A stretch of 64,000 nucleotides of DNA from Lama guanicoe. Lineage: Eukaryota. The notes beneath the pieces are model-generated. The model did no database searches. It was given only the letters and a program-made list of their open reading frames with translations, and was not told the DNA's origin. Every line of letters begins with the position of its first letter. Positions within the stretch are counted from its first letter, which is position 1. A program made the translations under genes and the position numbers. The DNA lies in contig MU056000.1 in assembly GCA_013239625.1 (NCBI GenBank), positions 11,979,175-12,043,174 on the forward strand. The letters are read 5' to 3'. This document shows positions 52,075 to 64,000 of this stretch, in pieces.

Positions 52075-52899
52075 CTATCACGGCAAAAACAGACAAGTCA
52101 TGATTTCAACGTGAGGATTTTTACCTTTTTTTTTTCTCCTTAAAATGAGGTTTTCTTTCCACCATAGAAGTAAAAAATACATTCAACAATGGTGTCACTT
52201 TTCAAAAGCACCCCGGTGTGAGCGCATAGAAGTTACTTTAATGGGCATCAAAAGTCAGCAAAATCCAAGTGCTGGAGCCACGTGCTAGTTGTGTGCGAGG
52301 CTTTCTGCTCTGACCTCCAGCTCGGGCAGAGGATCTGCTGTCCTGGGTGTGGCCCAACTATCTCTCTACTTAACAGGCGGAGAACAGAACTGACCTGGAA
52401 CAGACTGATGAGGGGCCAAGCAAAGAGGCAGAGCTGCGGGGTCTTCTCAGACACATGGCGCGGCTGGAGCATATGTCCTTGACTGCTGTCCTCTAACCGT
52501 TTTTTCTTTTATGCCATGTTCATTCTTTAACTCCTACCCCCTCCCCACCAATCTCTTCAAAATTAGCAATAATTAGTGATCCAATTTGTGAGCTCTTTCT
52601 CTTTAAGATCAAGGCCCTTCTGTCTATCTGCTCACCTCCTCCCCAGAGGGAAACAAAGAATTCTTTATCATGAACAGCACACAGAACTTACAGTACTTTT
52701 TTTTTTAATTGGGCTTATAAAGGGATGGAATGGCAAAGAAGTCACAAGAAGCTTTGAGGTTGAAGTCCATTTTACACAAGTTAGTTGGTTAAGCTGCCAA
52801 TTAATATTAACTTTGGTGCAATCATAACTCGGAAGAATTAAATTAACAGATAAATCATTTAATACTAGTTGCAAGGCACTGCGGGCTGTATAGAGAAGC

Positions 52900-53560
52900 A
52901 AAAAGCACACGAACATTGCCTTCTAGGCGCTTACTTCCCCATCAGAGAGACACACAGGCTGAGCTAACAAAGTCCCAGGCAATGAGTCTTGGCGCTGTAA
53001 TAGAACGTGAACAAAGAGCGAAAAGAAGCAAAGGAAGAGAAACTCCAAATCAGGGAAGATTTACAGAAGTGGCACTGAACTTGGTCTGAGAGGATGAATG
53101 CAACTCAGAGGAAAACAGAAGCTGTTCCATTTGGAGAATACAACATGAACAACCAGAGTTAGGCAAGGGTGAGGTGTGCCTGGGGCATGCCAAGTGGTCT
53201 GGGGTGGCCCCAGCAGGAGGACAGGGATAAAAGGAGAGTTGGGAGACTGGCAGAGAGAAGAGATTGAGGCGCCAGGCTCGGGGCAGACTGTGGCAGGCCC
53301 TGAAGGATACATAGGGAGTTTGGTCTTAACACCACTGGCAACGGAGATAAAGCCAAAGGTACACAGTAGGAAAATGAAGTGATGAACAATGTAGGAAAAT
53401 GCCTGGGGGCAGTGGAGAGGACGAGATGGGGTACGGAGGACACATGGAGTCCAGGAGATCCACTAGCAATTTATGCAATGTGTTTGGTGAGAAGTGGTCA
53501 ACAAGAGATGCTGATGAAGTTATGGATAAAACCTCCACCAGAAGGTGGGCAACCCAAATT
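52900..53560 (-). mobile_element. L2 LINE fragment
   Basis: Purine-rich plus strand with reverse L2 hallmarks (actgaacttggtctgagaggatgaat; gggcagactgtggcaggccctgaagg). Confidence 0.6.
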
Positions 53561-54641
53561 CTGGGTCTGGTTCCAGTGTTAACTGCGTGTGTGACCTGGG
53601 CCAGTAAAATAAGTGGGTAGAATAGGTCAGTGCTTCTTAAATATTGGTCTGCAAGTGCCAGCAGGTTGGCTGCTTGGAGAGCTTGTTAAAATGCAGATTC
53701 CCAGGCCCTAGGCTCCTCCCCCTATCCTCTGAAACACGTGGTCTAATTATGAGCATTTACATTCAATGAATATTTATTTATGGAGGGCCTCGACTGGGCC
53801 AGGCCCTATGCTATCAAAAAGGAATAAACAGAGAACATGAAATGCAGGGGAAGGATCAGACATAAAAGATAACCCATAATGCCAGCATCCATGTCTTTCG
53901 TAATAACAATTTGCTTTAATAATTTGGGTCCCACACGTGCTCTATTTTTGAGCTGTTATGTTTGTTTCAACCAAGGTTGTTTTGGTATTTGTTTCTTTTT
54001 TGGCTTACCTCCTCACTATCAGTTTATGATTAATTCTACTGTCTGTGTGCCAGGCTCTCAATTTTCCCCACCTCACAGTGAAATGGCAGTTTGCAAAATT
54101 TCTGAAAGTGACCACAGTAAGAAATTCATTTACATCTAAATGCACGCACAGGAAACCAAAGTTTCAAAAATAATATTTATTCTTACAATGTGTAATGCCT
54201 GCTGATACTTTCTATCAAAAATTCCTTCAGTTCTGTTATATTTTAATATTATTTTTCCTTCAATTCTATTATTTTTTAAGTGCTATGACTCACTAAAGCA
54301 ACTTCACAGATGAGTTGTAACTCACAGTGTGACTCACATTGCATCAGAGGGAAACTGCAAATGTTAGATTAGTATGCTTCATTAGAATGGCCTTCTTTGC
54401 AGAGCCAGGCAAAGCCCTATAAGAGAAAGTTTTCTCAAGTTTAAAGGTCTTTAGAGCTGGCCAGGAAGCCATTTAAGCATATTCTAAAAACCAAAGAAAT
54501 GCAAAACCAACTGAAGCAGTGAAGGTCATTAGATATTCTTTTAGTGGAAATTACAGTCTCCTAGGAATAGAAAAATTAGGTAATGACAGGACTTTGACAC
54601 ACCGCCCTGGCTGCCAGAGACCTCATCAAGAGGGCATTGTC

Positions 54642-54782
54642 GGGGGAGGGGATAACTCAGTGGTAGAGTGCATGCCTAGCATGCACAAGGTCCTGGGTTC
54701 TTTCCCCAGTACCTCTATTAAAAAATAAGTAAGAAAACCTAATTATCTTCGCCTCAAAAAAAAAATTAAAAAACACACAGAT
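54642..54782 (+). mobile_element. tRNA-Ala-derived SINE (Vic-1 type)
   Basis: gggggaggggataactcagtggtagagtgcatgcctagcatgcacaaggtcctgggttc..., tail aaacctaattatc. TSD agagggcattg at 54629-54639 and 54783-54793. Confidence 0.92.
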
Positions 54783-55147
54783 AGAGGGCATTGCATAGAA
54801 ACTCCAAGGAGCACTGGGGATGTCCCTGCGTGTCCTGGACAAGGGTCGAGTTGCGCATTAAGAATCCTCCGCCAGATGAGAAGGCAAAGCCAACTACTTG
54901 GGATGGAAATGCCCAAACTGTATGGGGTTGCATGTTTGTTGGTAGATAAGCTTCTTTGCAGCCCAAGAATTAAGTACAGAAATGTTGGAGAAACAAAGTC
55001 CTAATATTAATAACCTGTACTTAGAAAAACCTGCACATATATGTTGTTTTCATTATTTTTACAGCCTAGGATGATTTGTCCCATGGTTCCAATTTAAAAT
55101 GTGTAGTATAATTTAGACCTGTGATTTGAAATTAAAATCTTAGGAAC

Positions 55148-55188
55148 ACCTATGAGTCTGTTTAGTTTACCTATGAGTCTATTTGTTG
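55148..55188. repeat. 21-bp tandem duplication
   Basis: acctatgagtctgtttagttt followed by acctatgagtctatttgttg. Confidence 0.85.
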
Positions 55189-55234
55189 CCTAATATTTGG
55201 GAAAGCTTGGTTGTTAGATAAAGTCATTTTTTAA

Positions 55235-56370
55235 AAAAACTTTTATTTTGGTAACTTTCAAACATATACAAAAAGAGACACCAACATATAACCAATCCAG
55301 CCTCAACAATTCTCCATTCACGACCAATCTTGTTTCTTCCGTATTCCTACCTCCTAAGCTCCCTGCTCCACATACACACCCAAAATATTTGAAGCAAATC
55401 CCAAGCACCACATAATTTAATTTGCAAATATTGTCATTTATCTTCAAAAACAAAAAAGGACTTTTTAACCTAAGAACACCACTATCATACCTAATAAAAC
55501 TGCTTTAATTCCTTAACGTTATCAGATACCTGCCAGCATTCACCTTTGCCCAGTCATCTTTTGCACACACGTACACACACACATTCAGTGAAAGACTGAA
55601 ACAGAATCTGAAAAATTCATACACTGAAATTAACAGATACGAGTTTTAAATTTCCTGTAATTTATAGGTCTCCTGCTTGCACTGCACCCCCCATCTCTCT
55701 TTCTCTCTCATTTTTTGCTTGAAATTTTTGCGGAAGAAACAGATTCATTCTATCCAGTAAACTTTTCCAGAATCTGAGAGTCATTCATTATATTCTTGTG
55801 GTTTAGTTTAACATTTTCCTCCATCCCTTCTGCAGACTGGAAAAATTGGTAGTTGCACCTAGAGCCTTCACCAGATTTATGTTCAACTTTTTTTCCTATA
55901 AAACTGCATGGTAGGTGGTGGTGTGTGTTCCTATCAGGCACTGTCCTGTGTCTGTTTTTGAGAAAGCAGCCATTAGTGGTGACTACACGGCTATTGCACA
56001 GGGGCGACATGTGGGTAACAGCCCATCATTCCTGCTTCGGGTGTTTGCTGGATCATGTCTATAGTGAGAAAACTCGCTTCATCAATGTTTGATTACCATT
56101 AGAGATGCATCTCATGGGAAAGGCATGAACAATACTTGATTATTTCTCTTTATTTACCAGCTTTCAAGATAATAAGACAATTCCTTCATATCCTCTAAAA
56201 GTAATGAAGTTGGTTTTCTTTATTCCTTTTTTTCAGTGTTATTATGAATGCTGTGCTCCAGTCCACTGCAGTATTATCAGCTAACCCTCAACTGTCCCAT
56301 CTTGGCAGGTGGAGCGTAATCAGCTTGCTTCCTGAGTTCCTTTGGTACAACCTTAGTAACCTTCGATAAT
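55235..56370 (-). mobile_element. Ancient L1ME/MC-like fragment
   Basis: ttttattttggtaactttcaaacatatacaaaaagaga...attttgaagcaaatccc-like sequence. Boundaries approximate. Confidence 0.6.
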
Positions 56371-56899
56371 AAAGTACTTCAAAGGGATGGGGAAAATATA
56401 AAATTTACAAATGCAGTTTAAAATGTTGAAAGGAGTATAACAAAATTTTTTAACGAAACCAATCATTCGCCAAAGACTGTCCTGAAGATGGCTGTTAAAA
56501 TTTGCTAGATTTTTAAATAAGTTAGGTTAGTTAAATGGAAAGCTCAAGGCAAAACGAGTGTTGTAACTCTACTAAATCAAAATTCATTTTTTAAAAAGTA
56601 GTTGAACAAAGTCATTTCGAACCAATCTTTTCTTTATGTGAAAACTGTCTTACAGGACATCAAACAAAAGGAAAAAAATCCCTGCCTCCCAGCCATAAGT
56701 GATTCTAATGCGGGCACCCCGAAGCACCACTCAGGGGAAGACTACACTCCCATCCGACCCCTGATTCTCGGTGAGAACACCCATCTCCACTGAAATACAT
56801 CTCACATCGGGAAGCTCAGTATATTTTCAGCATCCAGTTTCCTACAGTATCCTTTTATTCCTGGGGGAAGGACAAATTCTGTTTTCATTCCATAACCAG

Positions 56900-57200
56900 T
56901 GACTGTCAGACCCTGGGCTAGCTGCGGGGACACACTGATGACTAAATCCCAGCGAAGCCGGGAAGCAGACAAATAAACAGCCGTGTTTAACCCAAGTACT
57001 TTCTGAAATGCTGTGGGAGCAGAAAAGAGAGCCGATAACTGCCTACGGGAGACAGAGAGAGCTCTCCAGAGAAGGTGGCCTTTAAGCTTTGACTCCCTAG
57101 AGAAGTCGGACTTTGCCGGATGGGAGTGACAAAGGCATTCCAGATGGGGACCCGCGTAAGCAGAGGGCAGAGCAAGAGTGGGAGATGCTAGGACAGGACA
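56900..57200 (-). mobile_element. L2 3' fragment
   Basis: ccagagaaggtggcctttaagc...aaaggcattccagatgggga. Confidence 0.5.
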
Positions 57201-57319
57201 GGGAGAAAGGCTGACTCTAACGCTGGCCTCCCTCCACCCAGCGGCGCTGGTTCTGCTTTCTGGGACCACCTGCAGATGAATAAAACCACTGATGCCTAGC
57301 GAGTGAGATCACGGTTCTG

Positions 57320-57480
57320 AGAACGTCATATGTATTCATTCAGCTTATCCTTCTAACAATCCCGTGGGGAAGGTACCACGATATCTCCATTTTACAGATG
57401 AGCAGAGAGGTTAAGAAATCCGCCCAGGACCCCAGGACCCGGGGAGGTGGGACCAGGATCCAGACAGGATCCAGGAGTCC
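57320..57480 (-). mobile_element. MIR SINE
   Basis: atctccattttacagatgagcagagaggttaagaaatccgcccagg. Confidence 0.7.
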
Positions 57481-57889
57481 AGCCAGCCTGGCTCTCAGCC
57501 AGCTCCCTCACTCTGCTAAACATCCCCCTGACACCAGCTCCCACCTCCTCCTCTGCCTGTTATCCCACGGAAGTAGCTGGAAGGGCTGTCACCAATTCTG
57601 GAGAATATGTCTGCTGAACTGACTTAGGAGATTCCAGGAGTGCTCCTTGAAGACACCAGCCGTCACCACCAAGGTTGTGGAAAGTGGGGATTATGTCCAC
57701 ACCTCTTCCCTGGTCCCCTCACCTCTTCCCCAGGCGTCCCACCCCTCCTCTGGCTCCAGGTGGTGACTCTTTTCAGGCCAAATCTTCCCACTGGGCATCT
57801 GGTCCCCACAGGAGGGGTAGGGGGACACCAGGAGGAACCTTAAATCCCTTCAGGACTCCATGGCTCTACTTGTACGGCCTTTTTAAAAA

Positions 57890-58565
57890 AATTAATTGGC
57901 TTCATGTTTTTAGAACAGTTTTAGGTTTACAGAAAAACTGAGCAGATTGTACAGAGACTTCCCATGTATCTCCCCCCTCATCCCCCCCCCACATACAGGG
58001 TCTCCTAGAATTAACACCTTGCTTCAGTGTGATACAGTTGTTGTAACCCATAAGCCACTATTGATAAGCTATTAACTGAAGCCCATAGTTTCCAGTAAGG
58101 TTCACTCTTTGTGTTGTACGTTCCATAGGTTTTGACAAATGCAGCATGTCACGTATCCACCATGATAGTGTCACACAGAGTATTTTCACTGCCTTAAAAA
58201 TCCCCTGTGCTCCACACAGTCATTCCTTCCTCTTTCCCCATAAACCCTGGTGACCAATGGTCTTGTACTGTCTCTTACGGGTCTGTCTTTTCCAGAATGC
58301 CATACAGTTGGAATCACACAGTATGTAGCCTTTTCAGACTGGCTTCCTTCACTTAGCAGTATTTATTCAAGCTCCTCTGTCTTTTCATGATTTGACAGCC
58401 CATTTCTTTTCATTATCGAATAGCATTTCATCATACGATGTACCACTGTTTACCCGTTCACCTCCTGAAGGACATCTTGGTCACTTCCAAGTTTTGACGA
58501 TTATAAATAACACTGCTCTAAAAATGTGTGTGCAGGATTTTGTGTGGTTATAAGCTTTCAACTCA
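57890..58565 (-). mobile_element. L1MC-like 3' fragment
   Basis: tttttagaacagttttaggtttacagaaaaactgagcag...gttggaatcacacagtatgtagccttttcagactggcttc. Confidence 0.85.
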
Positions 58566-60657
58566 TTAATTCATTCGGACACAGCATTTTTTTTTAACAG
58601 CTCCATCAGCATGCTGGCTTATTTGGAATTTACAGGCAGCTAAAACCCTCAAGGATTCTATTCTTCTGATGCAAATTTTGGATCTCAGTATGTCCTATTC
58701 CATTCGTTCTTGTGTGACACAGCCCATCATTCAAACCCACAGACTTTAATGGTGGCATCAGTCACACTTGTTCTCCTGTCGAGCTTCATGACACCCACAC
58801 ATTTGATGTCTGCATGTTATCTGTGCTCATCCACACTCCTGGGCAGAGATCGGTCAGTGCTGGAGCCCTGTGACTCCCCAGGAGCAGCTGCTCCCACGGC
58901 AACCTCCGTTTGCTAATCAGCAGTTTATGAAACATGACAGGTCATCTAGTTTGCTGCTACATTCTGTCCACATTACTCCATTCTTCCATAAAGACCTCAT
59001 AAGAGATCTTAAACACCTTGCTGCAACCTGCCGCATTCCTAAGGTCTGCGTGTCTGTGAGTGTCGATCTGCTTGGCTGATGCTGCAAATTACTCTGAAGT
59101 AGAGAACAGCTCTCAGCAGAAGAACCAAACACCATTAGGGTCTGCCAGCGAATATCACAAGGCACAGCCTGATCCGAGCCCCGGGGTGAACTTGCCGATC
59201 TGCCCATTCACAGAATTCACAGAAACACCTTGTGACCCCCTCCCCCATGGAGGAATTCAGAGGCAAAGACGGCCACACACAGGGGGCCAGAGGACTCCAG
59301 AATGCTGTAGAACAGTTATTCAGAGATGGGTTATGGCCACAACACAGGACGCCCATGAGATCGTGGGAGGCGGACTGGTAAAGTTCACACTCTGAAGGCG
59401 GAGGGTGACATCTATGGACAGCTGTCCTTCTCAGTCAGGGGGGCTACGTAATTTTCCAGGTCCAGTGCAAGGTGAAAAAGCAGAGACCCTGCTGGAGGCG
59501 GAGAAGTCATACCCGCTTCCCACCAGACTGCAGCCCCATCCACAACAAAGGGAAGATCCCCAAGACACTGCAGCCCCCACTCTAGGGCACGTTTGGGACC
59601 TGGATCCGGGGCGGATGTGAGCCTCCTGCCCAGGCGTCACTCAGGGCACCGAGGCGCTGCCAGCTGGCACCAAGATGGAGCTCTGTGGCTATGGGCCATG
59701 TGACTGGGCAGGACCCTTCTCACACCTGTGCTCAGGCCCCAGCGAGGGGCGGATGGCCACAGCGGAACACAAGCCTCCCCTCACTGATGCAACATGGCCA
59801 CTGCCCTGGGCAGAGGACCGGGGACAGTCATGCAGGGTGGGGTGGGGAGGAGGAGGCTGGGCAGGGCTGGCACCAAATGACTGGGAGGAGGTGGCACGAA
59901 CCCCATCCTGGGGAGGAGGCCCTGTACGTGAGCTGAGGCCCTATGAGGCCAGCATATGCTTCATTGTCCTGTCAAAATTCACTTACAAAACACAAATCCA
60001 AAGATGAAAGTACTAAGAATTACAACCTCAGAGCATTAATGCGCAAGGGCGGGGCCTTCTGAGCACCAGGCTCCGTGCGACCGCGTAGGTCACACACCCG
60101 TTTAGCCAGCCCTACCCTCACCGCATCCTTGAGGGAGGGTTCCCATCACAGGCACCAAGAAAGGTTTTTTCCTCCTTAAAGTTGTTTTTACTTCAATAGA
60201 AAGGCCACAGATCCTTGTCTTTCTCCAAATTAGCCCAGGAACCTGTGACTTCATCAACAAATCCTAGAAATGAGAACATTAAGAAGTACTACCGACTCCG
60301 AAGTCTCCAGCTTCCGGAAACATCCCTCTGCAGATGGGTGGACGTTTATAGCCAAATTACAGCATCATTTCTGTTTACTGAAACAGTTACATGTACTTCT
60401 TTCAGCTCACTTAAGACATGATATTTATCTGACAAAGGATGATCCAGATTTTGGAAACCAAGACTGGTAAACATGATACACAACAACTAGAACATACATA
60501 TACATATTATGATAATATGCTATATATAAACATACGAAATATGTCAATTACATGCTATATATAAACATATACCATTATATATAGGTATATAAGTTTTATA
60601 AGTATATAAGATCATATGCAGATAAGAATACCCATTTATCTTATAAAGACACTGTAT

Positions 60658-63600
60658 GGGAAAGAAATAACCAAGATCAGGGAGGAAATAAATAAAATAG
60701 AGATTTTAAAAAATAGAAAAAAAATCAATAAAACCAAGAGCTGGTTTTTTGAAAAACTACACAAAATCAACAAACCTCTGGCTCACCAAGAAGAAAAGTG
60801 AGAGGACCCAAAGAAACAAAATAAGAAATAAAAGAGGAAAAATTATAACCAATACCACAGAAATACAAAAAGCCATTAAGACAAGACTATGAACAACTAT
60901 ATGGCAACAAGTTGGACAACCTAGAAGAAATGGACAAGTTTCTAGAAACATGCAGTTCACCAAAATTAAATCAAGAAGAAACAGATAATTTAAGCAGATG
61001 AACAGACTGATTATTAGAAGTGAAATAGAATCTGTAATTAAAAAAAAAAAAACCCTGCAAACAAAAGTCCAGGATGAGTTGGCTTCACCGGGGAATTCTA
61101 CCAAACATACAAAGAAGAATTTATACCAATCCTTCTCAAACTCTTCCAAAAGACTGAAAAGGAGGGAATACTTTCAAACTAACTCTATGAAGCCACCATC
61201 ACCCTGAAATGCAACCAGGCAAAGACATTACCAGAAAAGAAAATTACAGGCCAATATCTTTGATAAACAAAGATGCAAAAAACTCTCAACAAAATATTAG
61301 CAAATTGAATCCAACAGCACACAAAAAAGATCGTACACTGTGACCAAGTCTTATTCATCCCAAGGTCACAAGGATATGATACACATATCAATCAATGTGA
61401 AACATCACATCAACAAAAGAAAGGACAAAAACCACATGATTATCTCAAAAGATGCAGAAAAAGCATTTGATAAAATTCAACACACATTTATGATAAAAAC
61501 TCTTACCATAGTGGGTACAGAGGAAACATATCTCAAAATAATAAAAGCTATTTAGGACAAACCCACATATTTAGGACAAAACCACAGCCAGCATAATACT
61601 CAATGGTGAAAAGTTGAAAGCCTTCCAACTAAAATCTGGCACAAGACAAGGATGCCCACTATCACCACTTCTATTCAACATAGTATTGAAAGTAGCCATA
61701 GCAATCAGACAAGAAAAAGAAATAAAAGGGAGCCAAATTGGAAGGGAAGAGGTAAAACTGTCACTATATGCAGATGACATGATACTATTTATAGAAAATC
61801 CTAAAGGCCCCACACAAAAACTACCAGAGTTGATAAACAAATTCAGCAAGATAGCAGGTTACAAGATTAACATACAAAAATCTGTTGCATCTCTTTACAC
61901 TAACAATAAAATACCAGAAAAGGTAAGTTAAAAAAAAATCCCTTTTAAAATTGCATCAAAAAAAAAAAAAACTTAGGAATAAACCTGACCAAGGAGGTGG
62001 AAGTCTTACATGCAGAGAACTATAAAACACTGATAAAGGGAATTAAAGATTATTTAAAGAAATTGAAAGATATCACATGCTTTTGTATTGGAAGAATTGT
62101 TAAAATGGCCATACCACCCAAAGCAATCTACAGATTTAATGAGATCCCTATCAAATTACCCAGGACATTTTTCACAGAACTAGAACAAATAATCCTAAAA
62201 TATATATGGAATCACAAAAGACTCAGAATTGGAAAGCAATACTGAAGAAAAAGAAGGAAGCTAGAGGCATAACCCTCCCAGACTTCAGACAATACTGCAG
62301 AGCTACAGTCATCAAAACAGCATGGTCCTGGCACAAAAACAGACATATGGATCAATGGAACAGACTAGAGAGCTCAGAAAAAATACCAAACATCTACAGT
62401 CAATTAATCTTCAACAAAAGAGGCAAGAATATACAATGGAGAAAAGACAGTCTCTTTGGCAAGTGGTGTCAGGAAAGCTGGACAGCAACATGTATATCAA
62501 TGAAGTTAGAACACTCCCTCACATCACACACAAAAATAAACTCAGAATGGCTTAAAGACTCAACATAAGACTTACATATAACACAGGACACCATAAATCT
62601 CCTAGAAGAAAACACAGGTAAAATATTCTCTAACACAAACTGCAGCAATGTTTTCCTAGGTCAGTCTACCAAGGCAATAGAAATAAAAGTGAAAATAAAC
62701 AAATGGGACCTAATTAAACTTATACACTTTTGCACAGCAAAGAAAACCATATGCAAAATGAAAAGACAACCTACAGACTGGGAGAAAATATTTGCAAACA
62801 ATGCAACTGATAAGGGCCTAACTTCTAGAATATACAAACAGCTCATACAATTCAATAACAAGAAAACAGACAACCCAATCAAAAGATGGGCAGTAGACTT
62901 AAACAGGCATTTCTCCAAAGACAGACAGACAGTTGGCCAAAAGGCACATGGAAAAATGCTTGATGTCACTAATTATCAGAGAAATGCAAATCAAAAGAAC
63001 AATGAAGTATCATCTCACACTGGTCAGAATGGCCATCATTAAAAAGTCCACAAATAATAAATGGTGGAGAGGGTATGGAGAAAAGGGAACCCTCCTACAC
63101 TGCTGGTGGGAATGTAAATTTGGTGCAGTCACTATGGTAAACAGTACGGAGATTCCTTAAAAACTCAAAGTAGACTTATGATGTGCTCCAGCAATCCCAC
63201 TCCTGGGCATATATCCAGAGAAAACTCTAATGCAAAAGATATATGCATTCCAATGTTCACAGCAGCACTATTTACAACAGCCAAGACATGGAAACAACCT
63301 AAATGCCCATCAACAGATGAATGGATAAAGATGTGGTTTACATATACAACGGAATACTACTCAGCCATAAAAAAGAGTGAAACAATGCCATTTGCAGCAA
63401 CACGGATGGACCTAGAGATTATCATACTAAGTGAAGTAAATCAGACAAAGGAAGATAAATAATATATCAGTTACACGTGGAATCTTTAAAAAATGACACA
63501 AATGAACTTATTTATGAAACAGAAACAGACTCACAGACATAGAAAACAAACATGGTTACCAAAGGGAAAGGTGAGGGGCATAAATTAGGAGTCTGGGATG

Positions 63601-63847
63601 AGCAGATAAAAACCACTGTACACAAAATAGAGAAACAACAAGGTCTTACTGTAAACCACAGGGAATTATATTCAACAGCTTGTAATAACCTATAATGAAA
63701 AAATAGGAAAAGAATATAGATATAAATATAGATATAGATATAGATACAGATATAGATATAGATACAGATATATATAACTGAATCACTATGCTGTACACCA
63801 GAAACTAACACAACATTGTAAGTAACTATACTTCAACTTAAAAAAAA
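60658..63847 (+). mobile_element. Older 5'-truncated LINE-1 (about 3.2 kb); ORF2 broken by frameshifts and stops
   Basis: Consecutive ORF fragments (60616, 61340, 61614, 61997, 62206, 62689, 62933, 63178) are colinear with ORF2 ([25 protein letters not shown]). L1 3' UTR and A-run end near 63847. Degraded TSD-like aaagaca..ctgt at 60645-60657 and 63845-63859. Confidence 0.95.
63714..63777. repeat. (TAGATA)n-type microsatellite in the L1 3' UTR
   Basis: tatagatataaatatagatatagatatagatacagatatagatatagatacagatatata. Confidence 0.9.
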
Positions 63848-64000
63848 GACATTCTGTGTTATTTAGCTGCTACTGGAAAGGTAAAGTTCTGCAAATCACC
63901 ATGGGCACTTTCTTTAACAAGCTGTGTCCAATTTCTAGATCCCAGGGTGATGACTGCTTTAAAAATACCACATTACCCAGCTGACTCATGTTCAGCTTGT

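Noticed and set aside
1..64000. CRISPR arrays, prokaryotic or viral inserts, NUMT, intact ERV genes
   Set aside because: No repeat-spacer arrays, operon-like ORF density, mitochondrial genes or gag/pol/env ORFs were seen. The only RT motifs are LINE-1.

Overview
Repeat-rich mammalian genomic DNA, most likely camelid (camel/alpaca/llama). It carries three tRNA-Ala-derived SINEs of Vic-1 type, and I recognised no Alu, B1/B2, BovB or PRE-1. I could not recognise any host protein-coding exon. A few short minus-strand segments with good splice signals (51968-52074, 41921-41985, 14361-14633, 7664-7728) suggest the window lies in introns of a large minus-strand gene, possibly its spliced 5' leader. 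That gene is unidentified. The only real long ORF belongs to a very young 5'-truncated LINE-1 (26311-29011, minus) with a perfect 17-bp TSD and 809 uninterrupted ORF2 codons (RT and CCHC, no endonuclease). An older, disrupted L1 lies at about 60658-63847. Other content: many L1 3' fragments, L2, MIR, MLT1 and ERV1 solo LTRs, DNA-transposon relics, microsatellites, a strong CTCF motif, and a 30-nt tailless U6 snRNA retrocopy with a TSD. I found no convincing novel biological system. The most interesting leads are the young L1, with a cryptic in-frame splice acceptor, and the U6 retrocopy. Repeat subfamily names and boundaries without TSDs are by-eye approximations.
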